From Lytechinus pictus (taxonomy: Eukaryota): a stretch of DNA of 64,000 nucleotides. The DNA is taken from assembly GCF_037042905.1 (NCBI RefSeq), contig NC_087245.1, positions 18,602,001 to 18,666,000 of the forward strand, written 5' to 3'. Numbering within the stretch: the stretch's first letter is position 1; each line of letters begins with the position of its first letter. Of the stretch, positions 26,364-40,453 are shown one piece after another. The notes beneath the pieces are model-generated. The model saw only the letters and a list, made by a program, of their open reading frames with translations. It was not told where the DNA came from and did not search any database. The position numbers were made by a program, and so were the translations under genes.

Positions 26364-29139
26364 CAATGCAAAATCCCCCCGTCGGGGCTCTTCAATTTTT
26401 GTCTTTAATGAATGAAAATTTTGAAAATTAACGCGACCAAAATGCAAATTAATATTCCCTCTTGGCATTAATTGCCAAAAAACGGGCAAAAATCAAGTTA
26501 AAAGGACCAAAAACAGTGACTTACCTCGGCTGTCGCGCAAATTCACGTCCCTGTTTTATCCGATCTTAAGTACATAAACATATGGCCATTGAGTTCCCTG
26601 TACAGATCGCGCTAGAACTTCGGTCTCTGTATTTGGTGAGCGAAGCCAACGGAGTTCAGCTGAACAACCAACATAACAGAGACCGAAGCTTTTGGTCTAG
26701 TCTCTCTTATATTACTTGCACTTGATGCCCCCAAAAATTTCAACAAAATTAACCTTGTTGGCAAAATTAACCTTGATAGCTAATGTAACCTTGAGAGCTA
26801 TAGCTCGTCTCTCTTTAGACAGCTGGCAGCCGTCTGTTTCGAGGAGTTTTTAACATTTTTTTTTTTTTAAATTTCTCCTCGTACACAGACGGCTCGCTAG
26901 CGTGCAGCCACCATTAGGGGACTCGCAATGCAAAATCCCCCCGTCGGGGCTCTTCAATTTTTGTCTTTAATGAATGAAATTTTTGAAAATTAACGCGACC
27001 AAAATGCAAATTAATATTCCCTCTTGGCATTAATTGCCAAAAAACAGGCAAAAATCAAGTTAAAAGGAACAAAAACAGTGACTTACCTCGGCTGTCGCGC
27101 AAATTCACGTCCCCGTTTTATCCGATCTTAAATACATAAACATATGGCCATTGAGTTCCCTGTACAGATCGCGCTAGAACTTCGGTCTCTGTATTTGGTG
27201 AGCGAAGCCAACGGAGTTCAGCTGAACAACCAACATAACAGAGACCGAAGCTTTTGGTCTAGTCTCTCTTATATTACTTGCACTTGATGCCCCCAAAAAT
27301 TTCAACAAAATTAACCTTGTAGCCAAAATTAACCTTGTTGGCAAAATTAACCTTGATAGCTAATGTAACCTTGAGAGCTAAAGCTCGTCTCTCTTATATT
27401 ACTTGCACTTGATGCCCCCAAAAATTTCAACAAAATTAACCTTGTAGCCAAAATTAACCTTGATAGCTAATGTAACCTTGAGAGCTAAAGCTCGTCTCTC
27501 TTATATGACTTGTACTTGATGCCCCCAAAAATTTCCACAAAATTAACCTTGAAGCCAAAATTAACCTTGTTGGCAAAATTAACCTTGATAGCTAATGTAA
27601 CCTTGAGAGCTATAGCTCGTCTCTCTATATTGTACTTGATGCCCCCAATTACTTTATTTGTTGCGCGATCAACCAAATAACGCGCGGATGGATATCAACT
27701 CGCTGATGATAAACAAGGTCGGGTCGAGGATCCACGAATCAAGGTAAAATAGTTGATGTCCCCTGGGGACATCAAGTACAATTATGCCATATCTTTAGGT
27801 ATTATGCTCGAACAAACCAGGGAACTGGGAGTTGCGCGACAGCCGAAGTAAGTCACCGTTTTTGTCCTTAGTTTTATTTTAACATTGTTTAAGTGGCATT
27901 TAGTTTAGACAGCTGGCAGCCGTCTGTTTCGAGGAGTTTTTAAACATTTTTTTAGTTTTTTAATTTCTCCTCGTACACAGGCGGCTCGCTATCGTGCAGC
28001 CACCATTAGGGGACTTACAATGCAAAATCCCCCCGACGGGGCTCATTGATTTTTGTCTTTATTTCATAAAAATATTGAAAAAGATTTGTACCAAAATAGA
28101 GATTATTATTCCGTTTTGGCCTGAAATGCACCAAAACGGGGGGAAATAAACTTGAAAGGGGAAAAAACAGTGACTTACTTCGGCTGTCGCGCAACTTAAC
28201 TTCCTTGTTTTATCCGAACTTAAGTACATAAACATATGGTCATTGAGTCCCCTGTACAGATCGCGCTAGAACTTCGGTCTCTGTATTTGGTGAGTGGAGC
28301 CAATGGATCGAGTTCAGCGGAACATCCAACATAACAGAGACCGAAGCTTTTGGTCTACATTTATTTATGCAATTAATTATCATGCGTTCTGCCGCTGACT
28401 CCGGAGACAAAAATTAAAAGATCTGGGGCCTGTTGCATGATGAGATGAGCGATACGTAGGAACGTCCTAGCCCTAGGACCATTCTTCCGAGATAGGAAGA
28501 TTAGGGACAAATAATCAGCACTTTCCGTTTGAACGAAGGCAATTTTGTCTTCCAAGTCCGCGACATTGTTTGATATCGATATTAGTATCGGAAAAATATT
28601 TAGTCTTCATCGTCACCTGAAGTTGAACCTTTTATTTCGGAATGACGACTTTTCATAAAATCATATATTTCAATAGATGGAGATAAAAAAATATAATGTT
28701 TTATTTATTACTGATTGTAGAATGGATGTATGGAGCTTACTTTAGTCTTTATGAGGTAAAAGGAGAAAAAAACTTTATAGATTCACAAACAAACTGGATA
28801 AAATCGATATTTTCATTATTTCCCTTATTTAGCACAGTGCAGGCCTCTCGATTAACTTCAATTTTCGAAAGTCAGCCGGGCACCCTGGACTGAACTTTAG
28901 GTGGTCAAATGGCAGTTTAGGTGGTCATCACATGCATATTGAAAATATTGTATCATGACAAATTGTAAAGTGTATCAACTCTGTGTAAGTTTGCTGCGAA
29001 ACACTACATTACTGGTGGAACCTTTCTGTGGATTAAAAAGGACAAACTCAAGCCTTTGTTTCAAAGGAGATTTAAAAAAATTACTCATGATCCTTTTCGC
29101 ACCTTTGTTTACTCGAGACTTGTTCATTTTTAGACTTAA

Positions 29140-30467
29140 AGGAGAATGAAACCCAAAATGTAATACCACATAATATCATTGATAAGTAAATGATAATCAA
29201 AATGAATCCACTTATACCCAAATCCGATTTCCCAGAGTGGAGTACCACCTCTTCAAAGTTGGGCTTCTTCACGTTCAAAGTCTCTGAATGGAGATCGCCA
29301 TTGTTGCGAGGTTCATTCAAAATCGTGACGTCAGCGACGTACAACTGCTCTCGGTACTAACTTCCATGTGCAGCTAGTCACAGGCTGAAACCAACCCAGA
29401 GTTTGCATAATATAGATGCTTTTTTACAAGATATGAATATAATATACACATAAAACACTTTAAATAATTATCAAAAAGCTATTCAAATTATTTTATGGTT
29501 TAAAACACAAATTGATGAGTTTTGATGAAAATGTTTACACATTTATTTACGATATCCAAATTGGCAAATTTGACAAAGCTAAATTTGTTCGTAGACAGTA
29601 TAGTACAGCCACCCACTCATCACACGTATTGCGAGGTTAGTATATAGCTAGCACCGTGAACCGCGTTTTTCAGTGGATTTCTATCTAGTGGGTCGCGCGT
29701 GCTGGGATCTTCCTTCTGGTGTCCACAACACATGACTTCCATGGCTTGATTTTTCTGTGCGCGGCAGCATGTAATGAACACTTGAGTGCCGACCACCGGC
29801 CCCTGAACCGAGTGATCGTGTTGACTTTTATGTTAGAAGTTTGGTTGTTTATCCCGTTTGAATATCGTTAAATTGTTAATTGTGCTATATTTCAATATAT
29901 CTAACGTTGTTTATTATTTGTTACCGTCGATTTAAGTATTATCGGACGTTTGTATTGAAATAGAACTTAGTTAGAAGGCCTGAGAGCCTACGACTTCGAG
30001 CCCCAATACTCGGCTGAAGAAATCGGTAAAATGCTCGCTACGAACAACATCATTCCTCTTGAATTTGGAAGAATTGTAGTTTTTTTCCACCTTTAGTGCA
30101 GCCAATCATTTTTAAAGAGATTTCTGGCCTCTTCTGCGGATCAGGAATTTGGCAAAAGCTGCATTTTGTGCCCCTTACTGACCTATTTTCGGCAGCCAGA
30201 TCCACTCTGGCCCATGTATTTTATGCTAGCAATCAAAGGCGAGTGCCGAGGTCGGACACCGAGTTGTACGTCGCTGACGTCACAACCCCCCACAGAGATA
30301 TAGGGAGGATGAGCAAAATGGCGATCTCCACGGGTCTTTCAAAATCAAATATTGACTTGGCATATCATGGGAAATAGGAAACCGTTCTGCCTCATTTTAA
30401 TTTTATTTTAATCAGTGAAATGTAATCAGTTTATGACCAGATAATAAATCTATCCTTTCATTTTCCT
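29140..30467. mobile_element. Kolobok-like non-autonomous element
   Basis: TTAA on both sides; termini AGGAGAATGAAA / TTTCATTTTCCT; inverted subterminal GTGACGTCAGCGACGTACAAC. Confidence 0.65.
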
Positions 30468-31626
30468 TTAAAGTTAGAGGTACGTTTTAAAATGAACAAG
30501 TGTAGCTATATTACCCAAAAATTAAGATAATCATAAATATTGGCGAATGATACATCAAATGAAAGGTCTTTGCATTAGAAATGCAACGGAAAAAAATCAA
30601 GAAAATTTGGCCATTGGTTAAGGAGTTATGGGTAATTAAAGATCAAATTTTTAAAATGCATTCTGCCGCATATTTGTGATGCCTCAAAATTTTCGCGATA
30701 AACATTTCATGTTTGAAAATTGCTCCACGTCATTCCAAGAATATTTTCCCTCAAGTGTTGCGCAACTTTTGAGTCCAAAATTATGGTGCTCGGGTATGTG
30801 GTTTTGAAATTATGCAACATTTGGTAGTACATGTCAGCCCCCAAAATGCTGAAATATGTGATTTAATTTTTCAAAGCGAAAAAATATGTAAGAAAACGTC
30901 TTTGATATCAGTTGTTTAAAAAAAAAAATTGTTAGAAATGCCATGAAGAATACGTACGGCAAAAATTAGCTCTCTACAAGCTTTAATTACTGAATTAGAA
31001 CAGAAAATAGGATTTTATGAATAAATTAGCATATAATTATTTCATATAAAATGAAGTATATACATGTAAATATATATATATACAGTGGAGTTTAGCTCTA
31101 CAATCAAGTAGTTGATGTCATTTTTCTACAATCTTTTTAATTTTTGTTGCTATATCATGATCTTTTGTAGAGAAATGGGGGAGCATATTCATGCTAATTT
31201 ATTCATGAGATTATGTTTTTGGCTGCCAACACTGATCATTTGCATGTTGCACTGTACAATGTACCTCGATGACTCCAGCAATGCTGAATGTGGATATGCT
31301 GTGTGTGCATGTGTCATGTGATCACGAGAGTGGCTGACTGATGCAAGTACAAAGTGGGGAGATTCAGTCATTCAGGCTTTGAGCGTGAGGAGGGGAGAGA
31401 GCCGGGGGGGGGGAGCAAAATATAATGGTTTTGTGTATGTTGTGTGTACCTCGTTGTTACTATGTTATGCTTATGCGCTATTATTTTTTTTTCTTATGTT
31501 TCTTTGTTTTTTGATGATGATCCTTCAATGTCAGGATTTTATATCAATAAACTTAATTTGAAAAATTTGAATTTGTATGACTGTATTACAAGCTGTGTAA
31601 GTTTTTTGTTCAAAGGCTGCAGTATA

Positions 31627-34600
31627 CAGTGCGTAACAAAAAAAAGTTTACACTTTGAAAAAGCCCTGGGAATTAAAAAATATACAACATGTAGGTAATT
31701 TTTTCACATAATATCGGTTTGGGTCTCATCTATCTAATGAAAGTAAAAGTTTTGACAGAATGTTACATTTGAGTGAGCACTGTCCATTTTTGTAAAGCTC
31801 GCAGAAATCTGTTTGCGCAGAAATGCTTGTTTTCACGCTGTGTCAAGGGGAAAGGGCGAAATCAAACTTACCCTGCGAAACATTTTTCATACATTTCCCT
31901 TGCACTTTTAGTCAATTGAAATAAAACGGATGCATTCAAACATTTTGTAACAATTTTGCCGCCCAAATTTTAATTTCAACACTTAGTAAGCACAACTTTT
32001 ACCCTTTTTGTGCTAGCTGGATCTGAGGACATAACTGAATCTGAACAAAAGTTAATATCAGACATCTCCAGCATTTTTTTACTAAGTCTTTATCATTTAA
32101 AGTAGGTTTACATTTCATTTTTCATTTAATACTTGTTTCTCCACACTTTTTCCAAGCTTGACAATGATTAACAAAATGAAAATCAAGCCTAAGCCATTTC
32201 ATGTAAATCACAGCTCAGTGTAAAGCAAATATCGTCACAATGGCCTCGAAGTGTGGGGGACTGGGGTGGGGCACAATGCACTCTTTGAAGAGTTTTGGAC
32301 AAGGAAACAAGTTAAAAAAGGTTAAAGATTTCTTCAAATAATTTTACTAGCTAAATTCCACGTGTTCTTCATGATTAAGTTCTACTTTTATTCGCATAAC
32401 TATTTCAAAGTTCTGCGCAAATCATTTTTCAATAACTTTTCAAAAGTAAGTGGTGCTCACTCAATCGGAAATATTTTTGGACGGTTATATCTTCATTTTG
32501 CTTAAATGGATCTTTACCTATGTTAAAATGTGGAAAAATCTTCAAGATATTTAATACAAATGGTTCTAGGACAACTACCCCCTGGACAATCACCCCCCGG
32601 ACAACTACCCCCCGGACAATTACCCCCCGAGGACAATTACCCCCCGAGGACAATTACCCCCCGGACAATTACCCCCCGGACAATTACCCCCCGAGGACAA
32701 CTACCCCCCGAGGACAATTACCCCCCGGACAATTACCCCCCGGACAATTACCCCCCGGACAATTACCCCCCGGACAACTACCCCCCGGACAACTACCCCC
32801 CGAGGACAATTACCCCCCGGACAACTACCCCCCGGACAACTACCCCCCGGACAATTACCCCCCGGACAACTACCCCCCGGAAAATTACCCCCCGGACATT
32901 TACCCCCCGGAAAATTACCCCCTGGACAACTACCCCCCGGACAATTACCTTCAGAAAATCCCCCCTTCTCTCCAGCATCAATGTTAGAATAAGGCGGGAC
33001 CCATTGTAAGTTTTGGTTGGTGGCACAGGTTTCCGAAATATTTTCTACTTTATCTTACTTTAATAACTTTTTCTTTCTCTTTTATATTGCTCTTTCTCCT
33101 GTTTTCTCACTTTCTTCTTTTTTCCTTTTTTGTTTTTGTTTAGCGGCGCCTTCTGCATCATGAAAAATGGGGGGGGGGGGGGGCTTGCACCCGAAACCTC
33201 CCGTTTGGCTATGCATATATACATCAGAAAATTTGTAAACTGGCCCTCATTCTAAGTTTTCATAGAACAATTGAACACGATTAGTCATAATAATCACATA
33301 TGCTGAATATCCCTGATTCCAACTGATCTGATTTTTTTAAATATTTATTTTGGGTTTAATTTCAGGTAAGAAATCAGGCAAATAGATAAAACGTAAAAAA
33401 AACACCTTAATAGGTAGAAAAATTGAAAGTCGATAACGCAACTATGAACACTAACACTGTCAAGTAGACCTATAAATCTGTTTTTTTAACAGTTCAACTA
33501 ACAAGAAGCTAAGAATTATGAAACAATTGGTGCACATTCCAGATTAAGATGTGGCTTCATAACTTAATACAGTTAGCTAAAAAACTTTATGCAAAGATAA
33601 TACACACAAGAACACCTTGTAAATTACAAGGTGTGTTTGTGTGTATTATTCTTGGGTGAAAGCAATTAAACATTAAAGAAGGAAATTAAGTACCAAATTT
33701 ACTAAATTGTAAACAATATGACATAATCAAATACAGTGTTTTTTCTATACAAATTGGCAATCATGATAGTATACAATTCGTTTAAGGTGCATTTTAAGGA
33801 CGGTTTGTAAGAATTTATAAAGAAGTAGGCCTATGCAAATCAAATAATGCGACCGAGCACCGTGAGCTGAAAATATTAATATTTAGACCATAAAACGGAC
33901 ATTTTACAGAGCACTTGAAAAATCAATTTGTAAATTAAAAAATAATGAAAGCTCGATATCCGAGATGAAATATGTTTTGTATATTGACTTCGAAACTTGA
34001 TATTTTAAGCTCCATATCAGCCTATATTGAGCATGATATTAATCTCATCGAAAAAGCAATGCGAGCGCGAAGCGCGAGCGGAAATACTTGATATTCCGGT
34101 ATGAAAATGGTGAATTTGAGCACTATCTAAAGCATTGTGTATGGAAATTGTGAAGTGGATGTGGAAAGCACTTAATAAATGATGCGAGTGTGAAGCGCGA
34201 GCTGATGTCTTCATTATTATTTTGACCTAGGACCTGGACATTCTAGGTCTAAGGACATTTTGTCATCATATGAAAATGATGACAACTTTCTTATTCCTCT
34301 TCCTGAGCGCGATATGAAACATATGAAACTGTGATATTGTCGATATTCTTTTCTGAAAAGGGACAATTTAGTCATTAAGAATTCATGAAAATTTTATTAT
34401 CATATTTATTAATGTAATAAGCCTAAATGAGTGAGTAAAATGTGTTGACACTGAGGCCTGAAAACTGGATATTTTAAGCACTTTTGTAATCATGAATAGG
34501 ATATGTGAGTTGATGTATTTTTAACAAAAATGCGAGCGCAAATCGTAAGACGAAATTTTTGGTAAACTGTCATAAAAGGGGGGTTTTAAGTAGTTTGTTA

Positions 34601-35787
34601 TATAATTTGGCAAATCAAATAATGCGAGCGCATAGTGCAAGCTGCAAGTTATATTCACACCATAAAACGGACATTTAACAGAGCACTTAAAAATCAGTTT
34701 GTAAATCAAACAAAATTATGAATAATGTCCGAGCTGAAATATGCTTTGTAAAATCGACTTCAAAACTTGACATTTTAAGCTACATATCAGCCTATTTAGC
34801 AAGATGTGTATCTCATCGAACAGGCTATGCGAGCCCGAAGCGCGAGCGAAAAAATTAATATAGTGACATGAAATATATTTTTTTATCATTTTCCAAGTCA
34901 TCCCCTGACCTTTTTTTTTTCACTCGTCTCCCTCTTATTTTAACTCTTATTTTTCCTCCTTTCTTTCCCCTTCTTTTTCTTTTTTCTTTCTTTCTCCCTT
35001 TTTTTCTTCATTTGTTTTGCTCTGCCGATAGGGGGGGGGGGGCGGGCCCCTCGCCCCCCTGGATCCGCCTATGGATGGAGCTCAATTTTACAGCTTTCCT
35101 ACGGCGTACGTTTGATTCCAAGATACTCGAGAATGCCTTGAGTACTTCTTACGTCAAACGTACGGCCGACGTATGACTCTGTGCACTCCCTTTGTCTATA
35201 TAGGGGGTAATTGTCCGGGGGGTAGTTGTCCGGGGGGTAATTGTCCGGGGGTAGTTGTCCGGGGGGTAATTGTCCGGGGGGTAGTTGTCCGGGGGGGTAA
35301 TTGTCCGGGGGGTAGTTGTCCGGGGGGTAGTTGTCCGGGGGGTAATTGTCCGGGGGGTAGTTGTCCGGGGGGTAATTGTCCAGGGGGTAGTTGTCCGGGG
35401 GGTAGTTGTCCGGGGGGTAATTGTCCGGGGGGTAGTTGTCCAGGGGGTAGTTGTCCGGGGGGTAATTGTCCGGGGGGTAGTTGTCCGGGGGGTAATTGTC
35501 CGCGGGGTAATTGTCCGGGGGGTATTTGTCCGGGGGGGTAATTGTCCGGGGGGTAGTTGTCCGGGGGGTAATTGTCCGGGGGGTAATTGTCCTCGGGGGG
35601 TAGTTGTCCTCAGGGGGTAATTGTCCGGGGGGTAATTGTCCGGGGGGTAATTGTCCTAGGGGGGTAATTGTCCGGGGGGTAGTTGTCCGGGGGGTGATTG
35701 TCCAGGGGGTAGTTGTCCTGATACCAATACAAATGTATAATATTACAGGATTTTTTCTAAGTGTAAACTTTTTTTTGATACGCACTG
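31627..35787. mobile_element. Tc1/mariner-type MITE interrupted by a foldback element
   Basis: TIR CAGTGCGTA.CAAAAAAAAGTTTACAC; TA TSD. Confidence 0.8.
32562..35725. mobile_element. Foldback/MULE-like element with 15-bp tandem-repeat inverted arms
   Basis: (CCCCCCGGACAAYTA)n at 32570-32950 and its reverse complement at 35203-35719; GG...CC termini; 9-bp TSD AATACAAAT (32553-32561, 35726-35734). Confidence 0.85.
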
Positions 35788-36651
35788 TATAGAGGCGGGT
35801 CCAGGATATACCTGCATGAAGGGGGGGAGGAGTAAAAAAACGGACCCCCCTCAAGTTTCTGTTGATAACCCTTTTGTTCCCTTGTCAATTTTTTTCCCTA
35901 GGTCCCCCCTAGATGGGGCCCCCCCTAAAATTTTGGTTGATAACCCTATTTTTTTTTCTGGTGGACCCCCCAAAAATATTTTTTTTTGGCTTGCCGCCAC
36001 CAATAAAAGGGGGAGGGTACACATGTAAAAGCAGCATGTTACATTACATTTTTTTATATAATGGCTCTCTAGGGGGTGGGTAGGATGTGCCCCTCCCCTT
36101 TGGATCCTCCACTGGTCATGTACAGGGCAAGAATTTAAATTGGGGGTGCACGGGGGGTGTAAATAACCTCTGGTGTCAAGGGGGCACAGTCAGCCCGTGC
36201 CCCCCCCCCTTGAGAGGCACAATTAAAATTTAAATGCTGTGAAAACTTAAGTGTGCCCCCCCCCCCTTTGAAAGTGAGGACTTTTTTGTTTGCTTGTCAG
36301 ATTTTTTCGTAGAAGAAATGTACTTCATTTTTGGTTGGAAACATTTTTTTGTTGTTGCTTTTTCCTCAGGAAAATGTGCTCCCCCCACCCTTAGAAAATC
36401 CTAGATCCACCAGAGTGTCAATAATGTTTGAAAAGAGATATACCCCTTCCATCCCTGATGTAACCCATTTGCTGTCAAAAAATATATACTGTATTTGAAG
36501 AGGGGGCTGACATACCCCCTTTGTCTCCTTTGGCTTCACGCCTGATGATTGCACATGTACAATGTATGACTTGTCATTGTATACATGCACAAACACACAC
36601 ACGACACCACGTGTAGATAACGTGTTTTACCGGCGCCGTGACCACTGCACT

Positions 36652-36865
36652 TATGGGCAGCCAAAAGGGTCAAAATTAATAATCTCAAAAATAAAGAAAC
36701 TCAGAAATATAACATTCAGAAATTAATACATTACTTTGGACGACTAGTAAATACGTCAAAAATAAAGAGGCTGCATTTATTTATGAAAGACTGAGATACT
36801 ACATTTATTTCTGAGAGTTTCTTAATTTTTGAGATTGTTAATTTTGGCCCTTTTGGCTGCCCATA
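36652..36865. mobile_element. MITE, possibly IS3EU-like
   Basis: ~40-bp TIR TATGGGCAGCCAAAAGGG.CAAAATTAA; TAT...ATA termini; imperfect 6-bp flanks TGCACT/TGCACC. Confidence 0.6.
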
Positions 36866-37424
36866 TGCACCGGCTAGCGACACAGTCGGACACACAGTCA
36901 CGTCACAGAGCTCGATCGCGATGCGCTCGGTCTATTCGTATCAATTCACCCCATCACTGCACAAGTTCAATGCGACATTTGTTATTCATTAGAGGTGCGA
37001 ATTGTTATTTATATCAAACAACCATTTCAAAAGTGTCATTGTTAATGCCAGTTCATCCTCGCTCAAACTCAAGAAAAATTATGATTCATTAGTCCGACTT
37101 TGCATTGAGTTTTAGATTTGCGGGCAACATGCGACACATTTGTGAACTCGGAAAATAACCATCGCCCGAAGAAAAAACCTTCCCCAATTCATACATCGGC
37201 ATCAAGAAAACGTTGCCTGAGAAATAAAAGATAAATAAAGGCCGAACAAAAATTGTAAATATTCATGAATTATGCAAACAAAAAATCACTTCAAAAAACA
37301 CAATTTTGCTTACCCGTTTCGTATTTCCATCATCAAAACAACTTATCGAACTCGAAATCATGTTCACAAAGAAAGAAATTTGATGTTTCATCGAATGGCG
37401 ATGATATGAGAGAGAAAATAAAAC

Positions 37425-37546
37425 CCGGAAGTCAAATCTCGCGAAACTCGATATTTTCAAGATGGCAACTTTTTTGGTGATGTACGAATGACAAGATCGT
37501 CTCTGTAAAATGGATTATTATGGACCTCAAAGTACACGATGTAAGT
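37425..37546 (+). promoter_or_regulatory. Candidate housekeeping promoter and short first exon
   Basis: ETS site CCGGAAGT (37425), TCTCGCGA (37437), YY1-like CAAGATGGC (37458), and donor GTAAGT at 37541. Confidence 0.4.
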
Positions 37547-38808
37547 TTTAAATGTAATAATTTTGTGTAGTACAAAATTATCTTCCCGTGCATGTCTTTT
37601 TTATTTTATAAAAAGTTTGAGTGATTGTAGAAATTATGTTTATGATCTCGCCAATTTAACACGGTGACATATACGAGAATGTTTTAAAGTCGAACCGGCC
37701 GTGATAGCTAACAAGTGTCAATGACATTTCCTGAAATAAAAGCACAACACCCTTACCAACACTGAGGTAAACCATGCATAATAAAATGAATACAACTTCA
37801 CCAAAACTGAAATTGGAAAGAACATCATTCAATTCACATGTGATCATGGTTATGATAAATTTATTGTCAAAACATCACACCAAGTTAACAGTCGTTGCTG
37901 CGGAAATGTTGAAGTGCACTCACTCCATAAAGTGAATAAAGTGTGATAAAATATGTACTATCAAACCAAGACTTGTTGTCATGATTTGGTCTGTCACATG
38001 TGTAAACTATTTTTTTCCTTTTTTTACCCCCAATACTAAATGTACTTACTTGACATATAGGCTTCACTTTCAGCCACCCCCCCCCCCCCATTGACTGGTA
38101 CAAATCGATGCAAACCAATGGTTTATTTATGATGTTTATGTAATGTTTATATTTTTTATTTGTAAAAGATTCCACAATTCAGCCTCTGGCTGTGAAAGAA
38201 TTTATAGCAACTTTTTATGAAATGGGCCCCAGAAGTATACATTACAGAAAGAGTGGGAACAAAACCACAAGTGGCTTGGATGAGGCAAAACATAAACAAG
38301 TGATCATGTCGTTGTCCATTTCCCAACATCACAAAATGTGTCCTCAATCACCAAATTACACACAACAAGCTCACCACACGTTGAATTAATTTGATACTAT
38401 AATGAAAGGACTTAACTTTATTCAAGTTCAATGGGCCGATCAATGACCGGATACGCCGGCCGTCGATCGGCCCATGAAAGTCATGCGCTAGTGCCATGGG
38501 CTAGCCGAACCGTCAGTGGGTTGATCAACTTTATTACCTCTAGAACAGTTATACTGAATTAATTTTTGCCATTACACTTTTCCTGTAATTTGATATGCTT
38601 GCCATATTACCTAAATAATTACATGTACTTTGCATATTTCATTCTATGATGTGCATCCAACATTTGTGTTTCCTTTATTGTAATTTGATTCAATTATCTG
38701 TCAGTAAGGATTTAGTATATAATTATTATTATTTTTTTTCAATTAATATTTTAGAATAATGCTCAAGTAGTACAGGCTGTATGATCTGTTATATCCATTT
38801 GGTACAGT

Positions 38809-38846
<38 letters not shown>

Positions 38847-40199
38847 CCTCTTTAGCAAAACTGTTGGGGGCACATAAAATTCAAAAAATCTCAATATCAT
38901 TTCTATATTTTTTTAATTATTATTATTACTATGCAGTTCTTAATTTCTCTTCTTTTTCTTCATCAAAGGAGGCGAGTTTCCTGTAATTTTATTTTACTAT
39001 TTGTTGTCTCAATGATTGTTATGTATTAGGTGCTGGAGCCTGGCGAGTACACATGTCATTAATAGGAATGTGGAGGCATGCTCTTGCTGTTGTCTAGGGC
39101 ATTCCTCCTTATTTCATTTCATTGTTGCTTGTCAGGCTCTAGTACCTCACTCAAATCTGAGTTATCTTTGTGCTATGTTATGTTAAGCATTACACACATA
39201 TCAGTCCGGCATGGGTATTCAAATTCTTCCCAATACCCGTCTTTATTCCTTTTATGTATCTTGCCTGGCGTTACGTACATACTTTTTAAAATAATGTTTG
39301 TCAATGTGTTGTATTTGAATTTTAATAATGTGCAATTTTATATATTGAATGTGCAATATTCTCTCAACGGTTTTTCCATGAGGGCTCGCATGCCTCTGGG
39401 CAATAGTACTGAATTTTACTTTTGCGAGCCCTGGCCCATGGAAAAACCGTTTTCTTACTGTTTTCTTCTTCTCTTTCATTTCTACCTTATCTATATTTAA
39501 TTATTCAATTTCAAATTGTATTTATGTAATTACATTGTACAATTTTTGTATGTTTTTATGGCCAAATAAATAATAATAAAATAATAATAATAAATAACTT
39601 ACATGCCGCGAAATAATGAAGGGTATTGAATATGCGGTCATATTGAGAGCGTACGGTAGTGCCGCACAATACCTACATGTAATGGTGGGATCACCAGTCT
39701 GTTGAATGATATCATATACCGAGGCATAAGAGTGTGTACCTCATACACACAAAATTTACAAAACTAGGTACCAGTCTTGCTCAGTGTGTGCATGCACTTT
39801 CGATCACAGGAGTGAGATTGATTGCATGCGTGGTACTAGACTAAGCGCGACTGTTTTTGATGCGTGATGTGGATCGAATCTACAATGAAGTCGGGGAGAA
39901 TTGTAAAAAAAAATGGAATAATCAGTGCAGAATTTGTCTAAACGGATTTCGAAATTTCTAAACGTAAGCAACAAAATATAAGTTTAAACGCTCTGCATGA
40001 GAGAAGTTTCATTCGTTTTAGACCTACTCATTTTCGGTTTTCTACATTTATCTTTTCTGGTGGTCAGCCTGGGCACTATTACCCGACTTTTAGGGTGCCC
40101 GACGGAGCTTTAGGCGGTCAATGGCCCCTGGACCGCCACCAATTTCGAGCCCTGACAGTGGCAAATTGTAAAGAACGGATAGCGGTGCTTTCAACGCTA

Positions 40200-40453
40200 G
40201 CGGGCGTGTACATTTTGCTTATTACATGACGTCATCCAGCCACTGCCAAGAGCCAATTTATGAATGAAAATATAGTAAGCATGCGCAGTGCAAGCCTTCC
40301 ATTGCCCCACACAGTATTCCACCAAAACAAGTGTGCAATTCTCTATCACCTCGTACCAAAATTGACGTAGAATTTCACTTTCCTTTATTTTATATGAATT
40401 ATGAAAGGTATTCTCGGAGGATCTATTTTCTCACCGTTACCGCACAGGTAAGT
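40200..40453 (+). promoter_or_regulatory. Candidate promoter and first exon
   Basis: TGACGTCA, CCAAT and GCATGCGCA motifs followed by a perfect donor CAG|GTAAGT (GT at 40448). Confidence 0.4.

Larger units (their letters stand above)
23300..28358. mobile_element. Complex rearranged element with long inverted ends and AATTAACCTTG minisatellite blocks
   Basis: 23300-23450 is an inverted copy of ~28230-28358 (GTAGACCAAA../..TTTGGTCTAC). The right end is also duplicated near 26700 and 27260. Confidence 0.55.

Noticed and set aside
26139..26489. Overlapping ORFs on both strands sharing the same peptide
   Set aside because: This is a direct consequence of the perfect palindrome.
32429..35854. ORFs rich in PPDNY / PRTIT / PPGQL / CPGG
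   Set aside because: These are translations of the 15-bp foldback arm repeats in several frames, with no splice or homology support.
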